The notes under the pieces are model-generated. The model did no database searches and was not told the origin of the DNA. It saw nothing but the letters and a program-made list of their open reading frames with translations. Of a DNA stretch of 64,000 bases, positions 55,803-64,000 are shown one piece after another; the first letter of the stretch is position 1, and every line of letters starts with the position of its first letter. Both the position numbers and the translations under genes were made by a program. This DNA comes from a candidate division FCPU426 bacterium (lineage in GTDB: Bacteria > Oederibacteriota > JAAXVQ01 > JAUVAV01), in NCBI GenBank assembly GCA_040756875.1, contig JBFLYH010000001.1, positions 288,001 through 352,000 of the forward strand. The letters are read 5' to 3'.

Positions 55803-57548
55803 ATGATGATGAAAATATACTTGCGACAATTGGGCATAATTATTAAAAGGATGGCGCTGGGCGCCGTAACGTTGGGTCTCGCGGGAACGGCTCCTTGCTT
55901 TGCCGCAGAGTTGTTGCGCAGCGTTGGATATGGAAACGTAGATCCGCTTAGAGACGGCGCTACTCCGCCGGCGATAACCATGCGCATTATATCCAGCGCG
56001 CAATTCAGCGCAGATCTGCCTTTGAACATCGGGGTGGGTGACTGCATTATTTATGATTCGGGAACGGATCATGTTTATGATTCCGTCGCATTCATTTATC
56101 AGCGCCTGGATGCCCGTAACTATCAGGTTTGCGATGCCGCCGGACAGGATCCCGTTACCACTACTGGATATATTCAGGATTGGAGGATTTACCGGGCGTA
56201 TGCTTCGTTAGCGGATGCAGCCCGGGGTCTGGAAAATCCTGGGATGAGCGGTTTTTCAGGATGGAATTTTGACAATCACATGGCCAGCTTCGCCATGACG
56301 GATTCCTGGAGCTTTGCCTGTTATGCGGATGCCCCCAATACCAATACTGCGGATTTCAGCGCCTGGATGACCGCCATACCCCAAAATAGATTGAAAATAT
56401 TCGTTCCGGCTATCACCACTTCCGGCGGGGAAGTCGGTGTTTCTCAGAGGCACAACGGCGTGTGGAGCGCGAGCGCCTTTGTGTTCGTGGTCGGGAATTC
56501 AACCGGGCTGAATGTGATGAGAAATACAACCATTGAGGGCCTGCAATTTCAGAATACCGGCGGCACTGCCAATATTGCCGCCGTATACGGGGCATTCATC
56601 ACGGATTCGGATGTGCGAATAACGAAATGCATTTTCCGGGGACCCGGGGGCTCAACCGACGCCGTTCTCCATGCGCTTGATTTTGGCAATATGAACGCGG
56701 GAGAAGTCAAAATCTGGAACAATATTTTTTATGATTATAAAACCATTGCCGAAGGAAATGCGGCCATCTATGCGACCTCCACGGCAGCCGGCTTTCTGAT
56801 TCATTGTTACCACAATACCATTGTGAATTGCGAAAGCGGTATTAACGCGGCGAACCAAGCGGTTGCTTATGCCAAAAATTGCATGGTTTTGGATATCGAC
56901 CTCGCGTTGGGCGCCAGTTACAGCGGAGTGGCGGCAGCCGGTTCAACCAATAATCTGTCGAATGACGGCATTCTTCCTCCTGGGGCAGGCTCGAGGAACG
57001 GCACGCCGCTGTTTGCCGATGCCGCGGGCAAGAATTTCCATTTGGCCGCCGCGGACACGATAGCCTGCAATCAAGGCGCGGATTTAACCGGCGATGCCTA
57101 TTTGTATATCAACGATGATATTGATGGGAATATTCGGGGGGCATATGACGGTTGGGATATTGGTGCGGATGAACTGGCCCTGCAGCCCACTTTTACTCCG
57201 AGTGTTTCACCAACCATCAGTCCGACCCCGACTCAAACTCCGACACGGACGACGACCCCCTCGCTAAGCGCCTCCCTGCCTGAACCTGCCCAGGAAATCG
57301 CTTATCCCAATCCTGCCCGCAGCGGTGTGGTGGCTTTCACCAGCAGGCCCGGAACGGGTGAACGTGTGACGGTCCGGGTTTTCACCATGGCTTACCGCCA
57401 AGTTTGGCATGCGACGATTGCGGGTGTCCCGGGCCAGATCAATCGGATGGAATGGAACATCAGCGGCATGCCTCCGGGGATCTATCTGTACCAGATCGAA
57501 ACCGGCTCCAGAAAAACGCCATTTAAAAAATTGGCCATCATCAAATGA
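55803..57548 (+). CDS. Secreted beta-helix-like protein with Pro/Thr linker and T9SS-like C-terminal domain
   Basis: Signal peptide; WNNIFY/YHNTIV repeats; NFHL...DIDG..R...WDIGADE; PTFTPSVSPTISPTPT; AYPNP...WNISGMPPGIYLYQI...KKLAIIK. Confidence 0.82.
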   Translation: MMMKIYLRQLGIIIKRMALGAVTLGLAGTAPCFAAELLRSVGYGNVDPLRDGATPPAITMRIISSAQFSADLPLNIGVGDCIIYDSGTDHVYDSVAFIYQRLDARNYQVCDAAGQDPVTTTGYIQDWRIYRAYASLADAARGLENPGMSGFSGWNFDNHMASFAMTDSWSFACYADAPNTNTADFSAWMTAIPQNRLKIFVPAITTSGGEVGVSQRHNGVWSASAFVFVVGNSTGLNVMRNTTIEGLQFQNTGGTANIAAVYGAFITDSDVRITKCIFRGPGGSTDAVLHALDFGNMNAGEVKIWNNIFYDYKTIAEGNAAIYATSTAAGFLIHCYHNTIVNCESGINAANQAVAYAKNCMVLDIDLALGASYSGVAAAGSTNNLSNDGILPPGAGSRNGTPLFADAAGKNFHLAAADTIACNQGADLTGDAYLYINDDIDGNIRGAYDGWDIGADELALQPTFTPSVSPTISPTPTQTPTRTTTPSLSASLPEPAQEIAYPNPARSGVVAFTSRPGTGERVTVRVFTMAYRQVWHATIAGVPGQINRMEWNISGMPPGIYLYQIETGSRKTPFKKLAIIK

Positions 57549-59014
57549 AACCTTCCTGCCTCATCTTTTTGATTTTATCTCTCGCAGGCGTTCTGGGAGC
57601 CCGTCCCGCTTTTGCCCAGGCGGCGGGCGAACTGTTGCTCCTTGATAAAGGGGCGCGCGCGGCAGCCTTGGCCGGTGCTTTGTGCGCTTCTCCGGAATCA
57701 GGTCCTTTCGGGTTTGTCTACAATCCGGCCGGATTGGCGGCTCAAAACGTCTTGGCTTTCGGTTTCGAGCATAATGAATGGGGACAGGGCATGCGCGGGG
57801 AATATCTGGCTGCTGCCAGCCCGCTGGGGTCCGGAACCCTGGCCGGGGCACTGGATTATTTTTCGTACGGGACCTTGGAAGTCACGGATGGAAACGGCCG
57901 GATCAGCGGTGAAACCCTCGCACCCTATCTGCTAGGGGCAAGATCCGCCTATGCCCTGTGGGTACGGCCTCGTCTGGCAGCAGGGGCCCAAGTTGATTTT
58001 TATATGGAAAACATCGGCGACTTCACCGAGCTGGGTGGCGGACTCTCTGTGGGTGCTTTCTGGAAGTCGCCCTGGCAGGGGGTGAGCGCTGGCTTGACGG
58101 TGCGAAATCTCGGGCTGACCCGCTCCGGCTATAGCCTTCCCAGCCGGGTGATTTTGGGCTGCTCCTGGATGAACGCCCTGGTCGATCGATTAGCACTCTA
58201 CCTGGAAACGGGATTTAATTGGGTGGATTCAGAGGCGGCTGTGGCTTTGGCCGCAGAATATCAAGCCCTTTCTTGGCTGGATCTGCGACTGGGATATCGC
58301 CCACATCTGTCTATGGCGGAAACCGCCCCCTTGGGTGTAACCGCTGGGATCGGGTTTCATTGGCAGGACTGGCAGCTGGGATATGCCGTGGTGCCTTTGG
58401 GGGAATGGGGCTGGGCTCACCGGCTCTCGCTGGAAATGGCGATTAAACCGGCTCCAAACCTGGAACAGATTCCCGGTAAAACTGCCGCAGTGTCGTCACA
58501 GCCTGCTCGAAAAACCGCCGAGGACATGGCCAAACAACTGGCCGGCGTGGTCAGAAAACGGTTTGAATTAGGGCTGAAACAATATCAGAATGGCAATTAC
58601 AAAGCCGCCATTCGCGAGTGGAAAATGGTATTGGATATTGCTCCTCATCATGAGGAAACCAAGGAATACATACAAAAAGCGGAAAACAAGTGGGAGGCAC
58701 TGCTGGACAATTACCGGCAGAACGCCAGGCAGGCCCGGCTGCAAAAGGATTTGGCGGAAGAGATAATGAACTGGAAGGACGTTTTGGCATTGGTACCCGG
58801 AGATCAGGAGGCGCAACAGGGGTTGGAGAGCGCCCAGAAACTGGTGCCTGCCATGGCCCAGGCCTATTACAACGCCGGCCTGGATGATTACAGCAAGGGC
58901 CGTTATCAGGAAGCAATAAAGAATTGGGAAAAAGTCCTGGCGTTGGATCCTGGTCACTACAAAGCCATGGAAAGCATCCAAAAAACCAAGGAAAAATTGA
59001 TAAAAATCGAATAA
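57545..59014 (+). CDS. PorV/PorQ (FadL-like) beta-barrel protein fused to C-terminal TPR repeats
   Basis: Signal peptide; GARAAALAGA, VYNPAGLA, GLTVRNLG, LRLGY, GIGF...YA..P.GEWG..HRLSL; then TPRs (GLKQYQNGNYKAAIREWKMVL, GLDDYSKGRYQEAIKNWEKVLALDP). Confidence 0.85.
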   Translation: MKPSCLIFLILSLAGVLGARPAFAQAAGELLLLDKGARAAALAGALCASPESGPFGFVYNPAGLAAQNVLAFGFEHNEWGQGMRGEYLAAASPLGSGTLAGALDYFSYGTLEVTDGNGRISGETLAPYLLGARSAYALWVRPRLAAGAQVDFYMENIGDFTELGGGLSVGAFWKSPWQGVSAGLTVRNLGLTRSGYSLPSRVILGCSWMNALVDRLALYLETGFNWVDSEAAVALAAEYQALSWLDLRLGYRPHLSMAETAPLGVTAGIGFHWQDWQLGYAVVPLGEWGWAHRLSLEMAIKPAPNLEQIPGKTAAVSSQPARKTAEDMAKQLAGVVRKRFELGLKQYQNGNYKAAIREWKMVLDIAPHHEETKEYIQKAENKWEALLDNYRQNARQARLQKDLAEEIMNWKDVLALVPGDQEAQQGLESAQKLVPAMAQAYYNAGLDDYSKGRYQEAIKNWEKVLALDPGHYKAMESIQKTKEKLIKIE

Positions 59015-59021
59015 CCCATTC

Positions 59022-59050
59022 CATCCGAAGGGCTCCTGGCCCTTCGGATG
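59022..59050. terminator. Hairpin between convergent genes (probable terminator)
   Basis: CATCCGAAGGGC-TCCTG-GCCCTTCGGATG, 12-bp perfect stem; no clear U-tract. Confidence 0.6.
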
Positions 59051-60772
59051 CTACCTGGTTTTCATGTTGCGCGTTGATTCGTCAAGCGCATCGGCCACGT
59101 CGGAAATTTCCTGGGAACTGTTTTTAACCGAGACCATCGAGTTGTTCAGCTCTTCCATGCTGGCGGAGATTTCCTCCAGCGCCGAGGCGTTTTCATCCGC
59201 ATACATTGAGATTTCGTTCGTGATTTTACGAAAAGGATCTATCCGGTCCAATTGCTGCTTGGAAATATTCGACATGGAAGAAATGCGTTCCTCGAGCAAA
59301 GCGGCGGCTTCGACGATCTTTTTCAGCGAATCGTCGGCTTGATCCATGGCTTCGCGTCCGGAAGCGATGTGTTTGCCTCCGGTGGACATGGCTTCCAAAG
59401 TGGCTTGGTTTTCTTTTTGGATACGGCTGACAATGGCCGCGATTTGCTGCGCGGAAGCGTCGGTTCTTTCGGCCAGCGTGCGGATTTCTCCCGCCACCAC
59501 CGTGAAACCGCGGCCGGCATCGCCGGCGCGCGCGGCTTCGATGGCCGCGTTTAAGGACAACAGGTTCGTCTGATGCGTAATTTGTGTGATCACCTCGATG
59601 AATTGGACGATTTCCTGGATGGCGGCCGCCAGTTCCTTGACGCGTTTGGCAATTTGCTCGAATAAATTGAAAACCAGGTTCATCTTGCCTATGCCCGTCC
59701 GGATGATGCCGCCGCCTTTCTCGGCCGTTGTCTGCGTCAAATGAGTGACCTGGATGAATTCGTTAAAGTCGTGAATGAACTTCTTCATGGAGTCGGCCTG
59801 TTCCGCGATTGCTTGCGCCGCAGACTGTATCCTGTCCCGCTGCAATTCCGCATTTTTTGATACCGAGGAAATATTGCCGGTGATTTCTTCCGAGGCGGCA
59901 TTCGTCTCTTCTGCCAGCGCCGAAAGATGCTCCGAGGTTTTTTGCAAAGAGACGCTGAAAGTTTGGGTTTGGACGATCATGAGCCGGATGGATTCGCTGA
60001 ATCGGTCGAAGGAGGATGCGACTTTGCCTATTTCATCATGGCCGGAATAATTGAGGCGGCGGGTGAGATCGGCTTTTCCCGCTGCGAAATCCTGCATATG
60101 ATTGACCATGATGTCGTTCACGTTTCGCAGTTTCGCCAAAATGCGGATCACATAATTCATGAAGAAAGCGAAAGACAAAACGACGATGCCCGTGGTGCCC
60201 ACCATTGAGATGATGAACAACCGGTGGTCGGCTATGCCGCGTTTTTTAAGGTCCCTGAGAATGCTTTGGTTTTTAGCCGACAATTGACCGATGATGCTTG
60301 TTAAAAGATGCAGCTTTCCTTCGCCTGCGGAAACGGTGGAATTATCCAGGGTTCCTTTGATGGTTTTGACGGCATTGATGAGCAATTTAATCTCGTCGAT
60401 GTCCTTGCGATACTGGACGGGAATGGCGGAAAAACGGTTGTTCTCACGGTCGACGGATAGGTCTCCTCCCTGCAACATGACAGGGATGGAAAGCGTAAGC
60501 AGGTCCAACTGGGCCTCCATTTCATTCTTGAGGTTATAAATCTCGAAATCCTGGTTTGCCGCATAACGGCGCAAAAGATTGGTCTGGATCAATTTGCGGC
60601 TTACCGATTCGATCAATTGATTCTGATAAAGCAAAAGCCTTTCGTGGCGGCGGGTTTTTTCCTGCTTGTTATAGATAAACAGGGTGAAAATCAAGGAAAT
60701 CCCCAGCAGCAGTGGAATGAACACCGTAATGAGCAGGGTGAGGGAGTCGATTTGGCGGGATCTTTTAGTCAT
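59051..60772 (-). CDS. Methyl-accepting chemotaxis protein
   Basis: 2 TM helices, HAMP (DLTRRL...DEIG), [34 protein letters not shown]. Confidence 0.96.
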   Translation of the reverse strand: MTKRSRQIDSLTLLITVFIPLLLGISLIFTLFIYNKQEKTRRHERLLLYQNQLIESVSRKLIQTNLLRRYAANQDFEIYNLKNEMEAQLDLLTLSIPVMLQGGDLSVDRENNRFSAIPVQYRKDIDEIKLLINAVKTIKGTLDNSTVSAGEGKLHLLTSIIGQLSAKNQSILRDLKKRGIADHRLFIISMVGTTGIVVLSFAFFMNYVIRILAKLRNVNDIMVNHMQDFAAGKADLTRRLNYSGHDEIGKVASSFDRFSESIRLMIVQTQTFSVSLQKTSEHLSALAEETNAASEEITGNISSVSKNAELQRDRIQSAAQAIAEQADSMKKFIHDFNEFIQVTHLTQTTAEKGGGIIRTGIGKMNLVFNLFEQIAKRVKELAAAIQEIVQFIEVITQITHQTNLLSLNAAIEAARAGDAGRGFTVVAGEIRTLAERTDASAQQIAAIVSRIQKENQATLEAMSTGGKHIASGREAMDQADDSLKKIVEAAALLEERISSMSNISKQQLDRIDPFRKITNEISMYADENASALEEISASMEELNNSMVSVKNSSQEISDVADALDESTRNMKTR

Positions 60773-60957
60773 GGCTGTTTGCTGGGATGGGGAAGGCCTG
60801 GAGGATAAATAATCGCCGCGTGAGCGGTCCGCGGGGGAGGGCGGGGGCGAAGCGGGCAAGAAAAGAGGTGTGGAAAAGACCATTCCGTTGTCGAAATGAT
60901 TTGCTGGTTATGGCTGGCACGCTAGGCATTATGCGTCGGCTGCTCCTGGCACTGAGG

Positions 60958-62172
60958 CTATTTGAAAATGACAAATTTATCTCCTGCTATCGAACTGATG
61001 AAGACTTTATCGAAAAAGCTGTGGTTGCTTGGCCCGACGACCGAAGGCAGACCGGTGCCCGCATTGTAATTCGACATGGTTTCGAGGGTTTGCATAAAAC
61101 GCTTGCGGGTGAGCTTTTTGCCGCACCGTTCCAGGGTGGTTATTAGGATTTTGGCGTTTATAAACCCTTCCAGGGCTACGTAATTATAATTTTCGTCGGG
61201 GTAGTATTTTTTATACAATTCCTGGAATTCTCTGACGGTTGGATTTCGTGAATCATAGGGTGATGGCACCACCTGTGTGACCAATACGTTTTTTTCCACT
61301 CCGCTCGTAAACGACAGCAACTGTTCGGCAAAGGCCTCGGATCCGACGAAAGAAACCGTATGAAACTCTGCGTCTGAAAGGCCCTTTTCTTTCGCCATTT
61401 TGACGAAATGGGCCAGCGGCGTATACGTGCCGACCATGACGATTCCGCTCGGGGCGGCGGCCACGATCTGATCAACGGCGTTGACATCGGGTAATTCTCC
61501 CCTGGAATAGGTGGCGGTGGTTAAGACTTCGAGATTATGACGCGCCAGGGCGAGTTGCACTCCCGCCAGGACGGAGTAGCCGAAATCATCATTCTGCAGA
61601 AAAACCGCTATCTTGGTTTTGCCACGGGCGGCCCAGTAATCAACGATGGCTTCGACCTCGGCAAAATAGGAGGCGCGGACGTTAAAAATGTAAGGCTGGA
61701 AAGGGTTCCGCAAGAACTCCGCGCCCGTAAAAAGCCCCAAAATGGGTGTCTGGTTTTCGTTGACGATCGGAACCACTACTTTGGCCGTCGGCGTTCCAAC
61801 ATAGTCAAAAAGGATGAAGACTTTGTCCTGGTTGATGAGTTTCCGGGTGTTTTCCGCGCATCGGGTGGGTTCATATCCGTCGTCATAGCATATGAGATTG
61901 ATGGTCCTGCCATAAATCCCGCCCTTGCTGTTTATCTCTTTGATAAGCGCCAGAGATCCTTGGGTGAGTTGGGTGCCCAAGAAGGAAGCGTGTCCGCCGA
62001 GCGCGGCCGAAGAACCGATCGTTATTTCGCGCTTGTCGATCCCTTGCGTTTCATTGGAACCGGCGCCGAAAGCTGGAAAAACAAGCAAGATCACCGCGGC
62101 TGACAAAAGCAAAGACGAAAACTTGAATTTGGACACTGTTTCAACCTCCGGAAGACGGCTTGGCCTACCCAT
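60958..62172 (-). CDS. LivJ-like (PBP type 1) solute-binding protein, orphan
   Basis: INSKGGIYGRTI...YDDGYEP, YVGTPT, FNVRASY, QNDDFG, TQVVP.P. Confidence 0.9.
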   Translation of the reverse strand: MGRPSRLPEVETVSKFKFSSLLLSAAVILLVFPAFGAGSNETQGIDKREITIGSSAALGGHASFLGTQLTQGSLALIKEINSKGGIYGRTINLICYDDGYEPTRCAENTRKLINQDKVFILFDYVGTPTAKVVVPIVNENQTPILGLFTGAEFLRNPFQPYIFNVRASYFAEVEAIVDYWAARGKTKIAVFLQNDDFGYSVLAGVQLALARHNLEVLTTATYSRGELPDVNAVDQIVAAAPSGIVMVGTYTPLAHFVKMAKEKGLSDAEFHTVSFVGSEAFAEQLLSFTSGVEKNVLVTQVVPSPYDSRNPTVREFQELYKKYYPDENYNYVALEGFINAKILITTLERCGKKLTRKRFMQTLETMSNYNAGTGLPSVVGPSNHSFFDKVFISSIAGDKFVIFK

Positions 62173-62352
62173 GAGGAAGCATCGGAAAACCGCAAAAATA
62201 CATTATATAATAAACGGATCATATTGCTAACGGCAATAAACGGCCGGCGATTAAAGGTCGCCAAGCGAAACATTAAAGAATTTACGGAATTGGTGCGAAA
62301 TATAAGGATGGAGCGGGCCGGGGGCACAAACCAGGGAAGGTGCGTGCCTTCA

Positions 62353-63414
62353 ATGATCATCGCCGCCAGCCAGGTTTCATTTCAGCAGACGTATCTGAAT
62401 GTTCAGCAACAATCTATCGAGGAAAAATTGAAAGCCTGGATTGGACCGAGGCCGCAAACCGCCCCTGCGTCCGAACCGGCACTGGCTCGGGATTCGCTCG
62501 AACTGTCCGCTCGGGCGCTTGCCGCCTGCCGGAGTCAGGTGGAGGAAATAGAAGCCGCTCTCGTGGAGGACAGGGACGGGGAAAGCGAACTGGACCCCAA
62601 ACTGCGGTTGATCAAGCTGCTGGTGGAGAAGTTGTTCGGCCGCCGGATTCATATTGTGACGAGTGCGGAATTGCAAACCGCGGATCAAACGGAAGGCCAG
62701 CCGGCGCCCGGAGAGACGGAAACCAACCGATCGTCCTCGGATCCGGGATACGGGGTGGAATATAATCGCCGCATGCTGACATACCAGATGGAAAAAAACA
62801 CCTTTCAAGCCCGCGGTACTGTGCGGACCCAGGATGGCAAGGAGGTCCGATTCAGTTTGAGCCTGGAGATGCAATGGGAACGGCTCACCGATGAACAAGT
62901 CAGCATCCGTTTGGGCAATGCGCTGCAAGACCCGTTGGTCATCAATTTCGACGGCCGGGCGGCCGAACTGTCGGACGTGCGGATGAAGTTTGATTTGGAT
63001 GGCGATCAAAAAATGGATTTGGTGAATACGTTAAAACCCCATAGCGGCTTTTTGGCGTTGGACGTCAACGGAGACGGCAAAATCAACAATGGCATGGAAT
63101 TATTCGGCCCGCGGACCGGAGACGGATTGCGGGAATTGAGCGCTTACGACAGCGACCAGAACCGCTGGATCGATGCCAACGATGAGGTTTTCGGCCGGTT
63201 GAAAATCTGGAACCGGAACGAGCAAGGCCAGGATCAAATTCGCACGCTGGCCGATGCCGGAATCGGCGCGATCTACCTGGAGGCGGCATCCGCTCCATTT
63301 ACCCTGCGCGGCGAAGATCAGCAGGTTCAGGGGCAAGTCAAATCGACGGGATTGTATCTCAATGAAAATGGAAGCGCGGGGACGATACAGCAAGTGGATT
63401 TGGCTGTTGCCTAG
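62353..63414 (+). CDS. Hypothetical protein with C-terminal Ca2+-binding, FrpC self-processing-module-like domain
   Basis: GGAAGG RBS before ATG 62353; D|PLVINFDG, FDLDGD, GFLALDVNGDGKINNGMELFG, YDSDQNRWIDANDEVFGRLKIW, RTLADAGIGAIYL. Confidence 0.8.
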   Translation: MIIAASQVSFQQTYLNVQQQSIEEKLKAWIGPRPQTAPASEPALARDSLELSARALAACRSQVEEIEAALVEDRDGESELDPKLRLIKLLVEKLFGRRIHIVTSAELQTADQTEGQPAPGETETNRSSSDPGYGVEYNRRMLTYQMEKNTFQARGTVRTQDGKEVRFSLSLEMQWERLTDEQVSIRLGNALQDPLVINFDGRAAELSDVRMKFDLDGDQKMDLVNTLKPHSGFLALDVNGDGKINNGMELFGPRTGDGLRELSAYDSDQNRWIDANDEVFGRLKIWNRNEQGQDQIRTLADAGIGAIYLEAASAPFTLRGEDQQVQGQVKSTGLYLNENGSAGTIQQVDLAVA

Positions 63415-63451
63415 GCGCCTTTGCCTTGGGGTAACGGGCGCTTGCCGGAAT

Positions 63452-64000
63452 TTACCAGCGTACGGCGGCCCCGGCCCAACTCAACCCTCCTCCGAACCCT
63501 ATCAGAAAGACGTGATCGCCTTTGGCAAAACGGTTTCCTTTCCAGGCCTCATCCAGGGCCAAACCGATGGAAGCGGACGAGGTATTGCCAAAGCGGTCGA
63601 TATTCATGACAAACCGGTCCATGGGGATTCCGCGGGTTTCCGAAACAGCTTGGGTGATGCGAAGATTGGCTTGGTGGGGAACGATGTGGAAACGGGCCTG
63701 CGGTGAAAGCCCGGTTTTCTCCTTCAACCGGTCGATCACATGGCTGATCGTGCGGACGGCAAAGCGGAACACTTTCTGCCCGTCCTGCCAGAAAAAAGGA
63801 TCGCCTTCGCGGGCGCCCATTTTGACGTAATCCGATCCGCTGGCGTCGCAACCCAGCTCGGTGGCGATGATTTCGTGCTCAAAGCTGTCGGCCGACAAAA
63901 GCAGGGCAGAGGCGCCGTCGCCGAACAGGATGCAGCTTCTGCGGTCTTGGTAGTTTGTGAAAATGGACATTTTTTCGCCGGCGGTCACCAGGCTTTGCCG
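63452..64000 (-). CDS. fabH: 3-oxoacyl-ACP synthase III (C-terminal part; start beyond window)
   Basis: DRRSCILFGDGA, VPHQANLRI, FGNTSSASI, GFGGGLSW; frame is open to the window edge. Confidence 0.94.
   Translation of the reverse strand, partial: RQSLVTAGEKMSIFTNYQDRRSCILFGDGASALLLSADSFEHEIIATELGCDASGSDYVKMGAREGDPFFWQDGQKVFRFAVRTISHVIDRLKEKTGLSPQARFHIVPHQANLRITQAVSETRGIPMDRFVMNIDRFGNTSSASIGLALDEAWKGNRFAKGDHVFLIGFGGGLSWAGAAVRW

Noticed and set aside
62274-62301. Sigma28 promoter before the SPM-like gene (TAAA-N16-TGCGAAAT)
   Set aside because: The -10 match is too weak to call, although it would fit the flagellar-export idea.
1-64000. CRISPR arrays, tRNA/rRNA, prophage, transposases, defence systems
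   Set aside because: No repeat-spacer periodicity, cloverleaf or hallmark proteins seen by eye; the repeats found are coding low-complexity tracts or REP-like.

Overview
A 64-kb chromosomal segment of a GC-rich diderm bacterium, inferred to be anaerobic, chemotactic and outside the Bacteroidota. The T9SS-like C-terminal domains with Pro/Thr linkers recall candidate lineages such as FCPU426/Firestonebacteria, but this is unverified. About 51 CDS are supported; I saw no rRNA, tRNA, CRISPR array, integrase or transposase. Left to right: partial cstA; a CHASE2 adenylate cyclase-SH3-M48 protease-PspC-TolC-RND operon; a P-type ATPase-GH1-GT2 operon behind a structured leader; a metallophosphoesterase; TylF-SDR-radical SAM; treS; a second TolC-RND pair; pabB, arsC, an ABC-2 exporter, a B12 radical SAM enzyme, rhlE and an M15 peptidase; an 8-gene DsrE2-TusA-MvhD-HdrL-HdrA-wHTH-HdrC-CCG operon; then a lower-GC block with orphan solute-binding proteins paired to a histidine kinase and an MCP, a PorV-TPR protein and partial fabH. 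Three secreted beta-helix proteins with T9SS-like C-termini are scattered along the window. Top leads: (1) a sulfur-relay-coupled, NAD(P)H-linked Hdr-like complex with an atypical MvhD; (2) a non-RTX protein ending in an FrpC-like Asp-Pro self-processing module; (3) T9SS-like cargo coupled to a PorV-TPR fusion; (4) two TolC-RND operons with no adaptor gene; (5) a candidate multi-stem leader RNA. All family calls come from motif recognition by eye, not from database searches.
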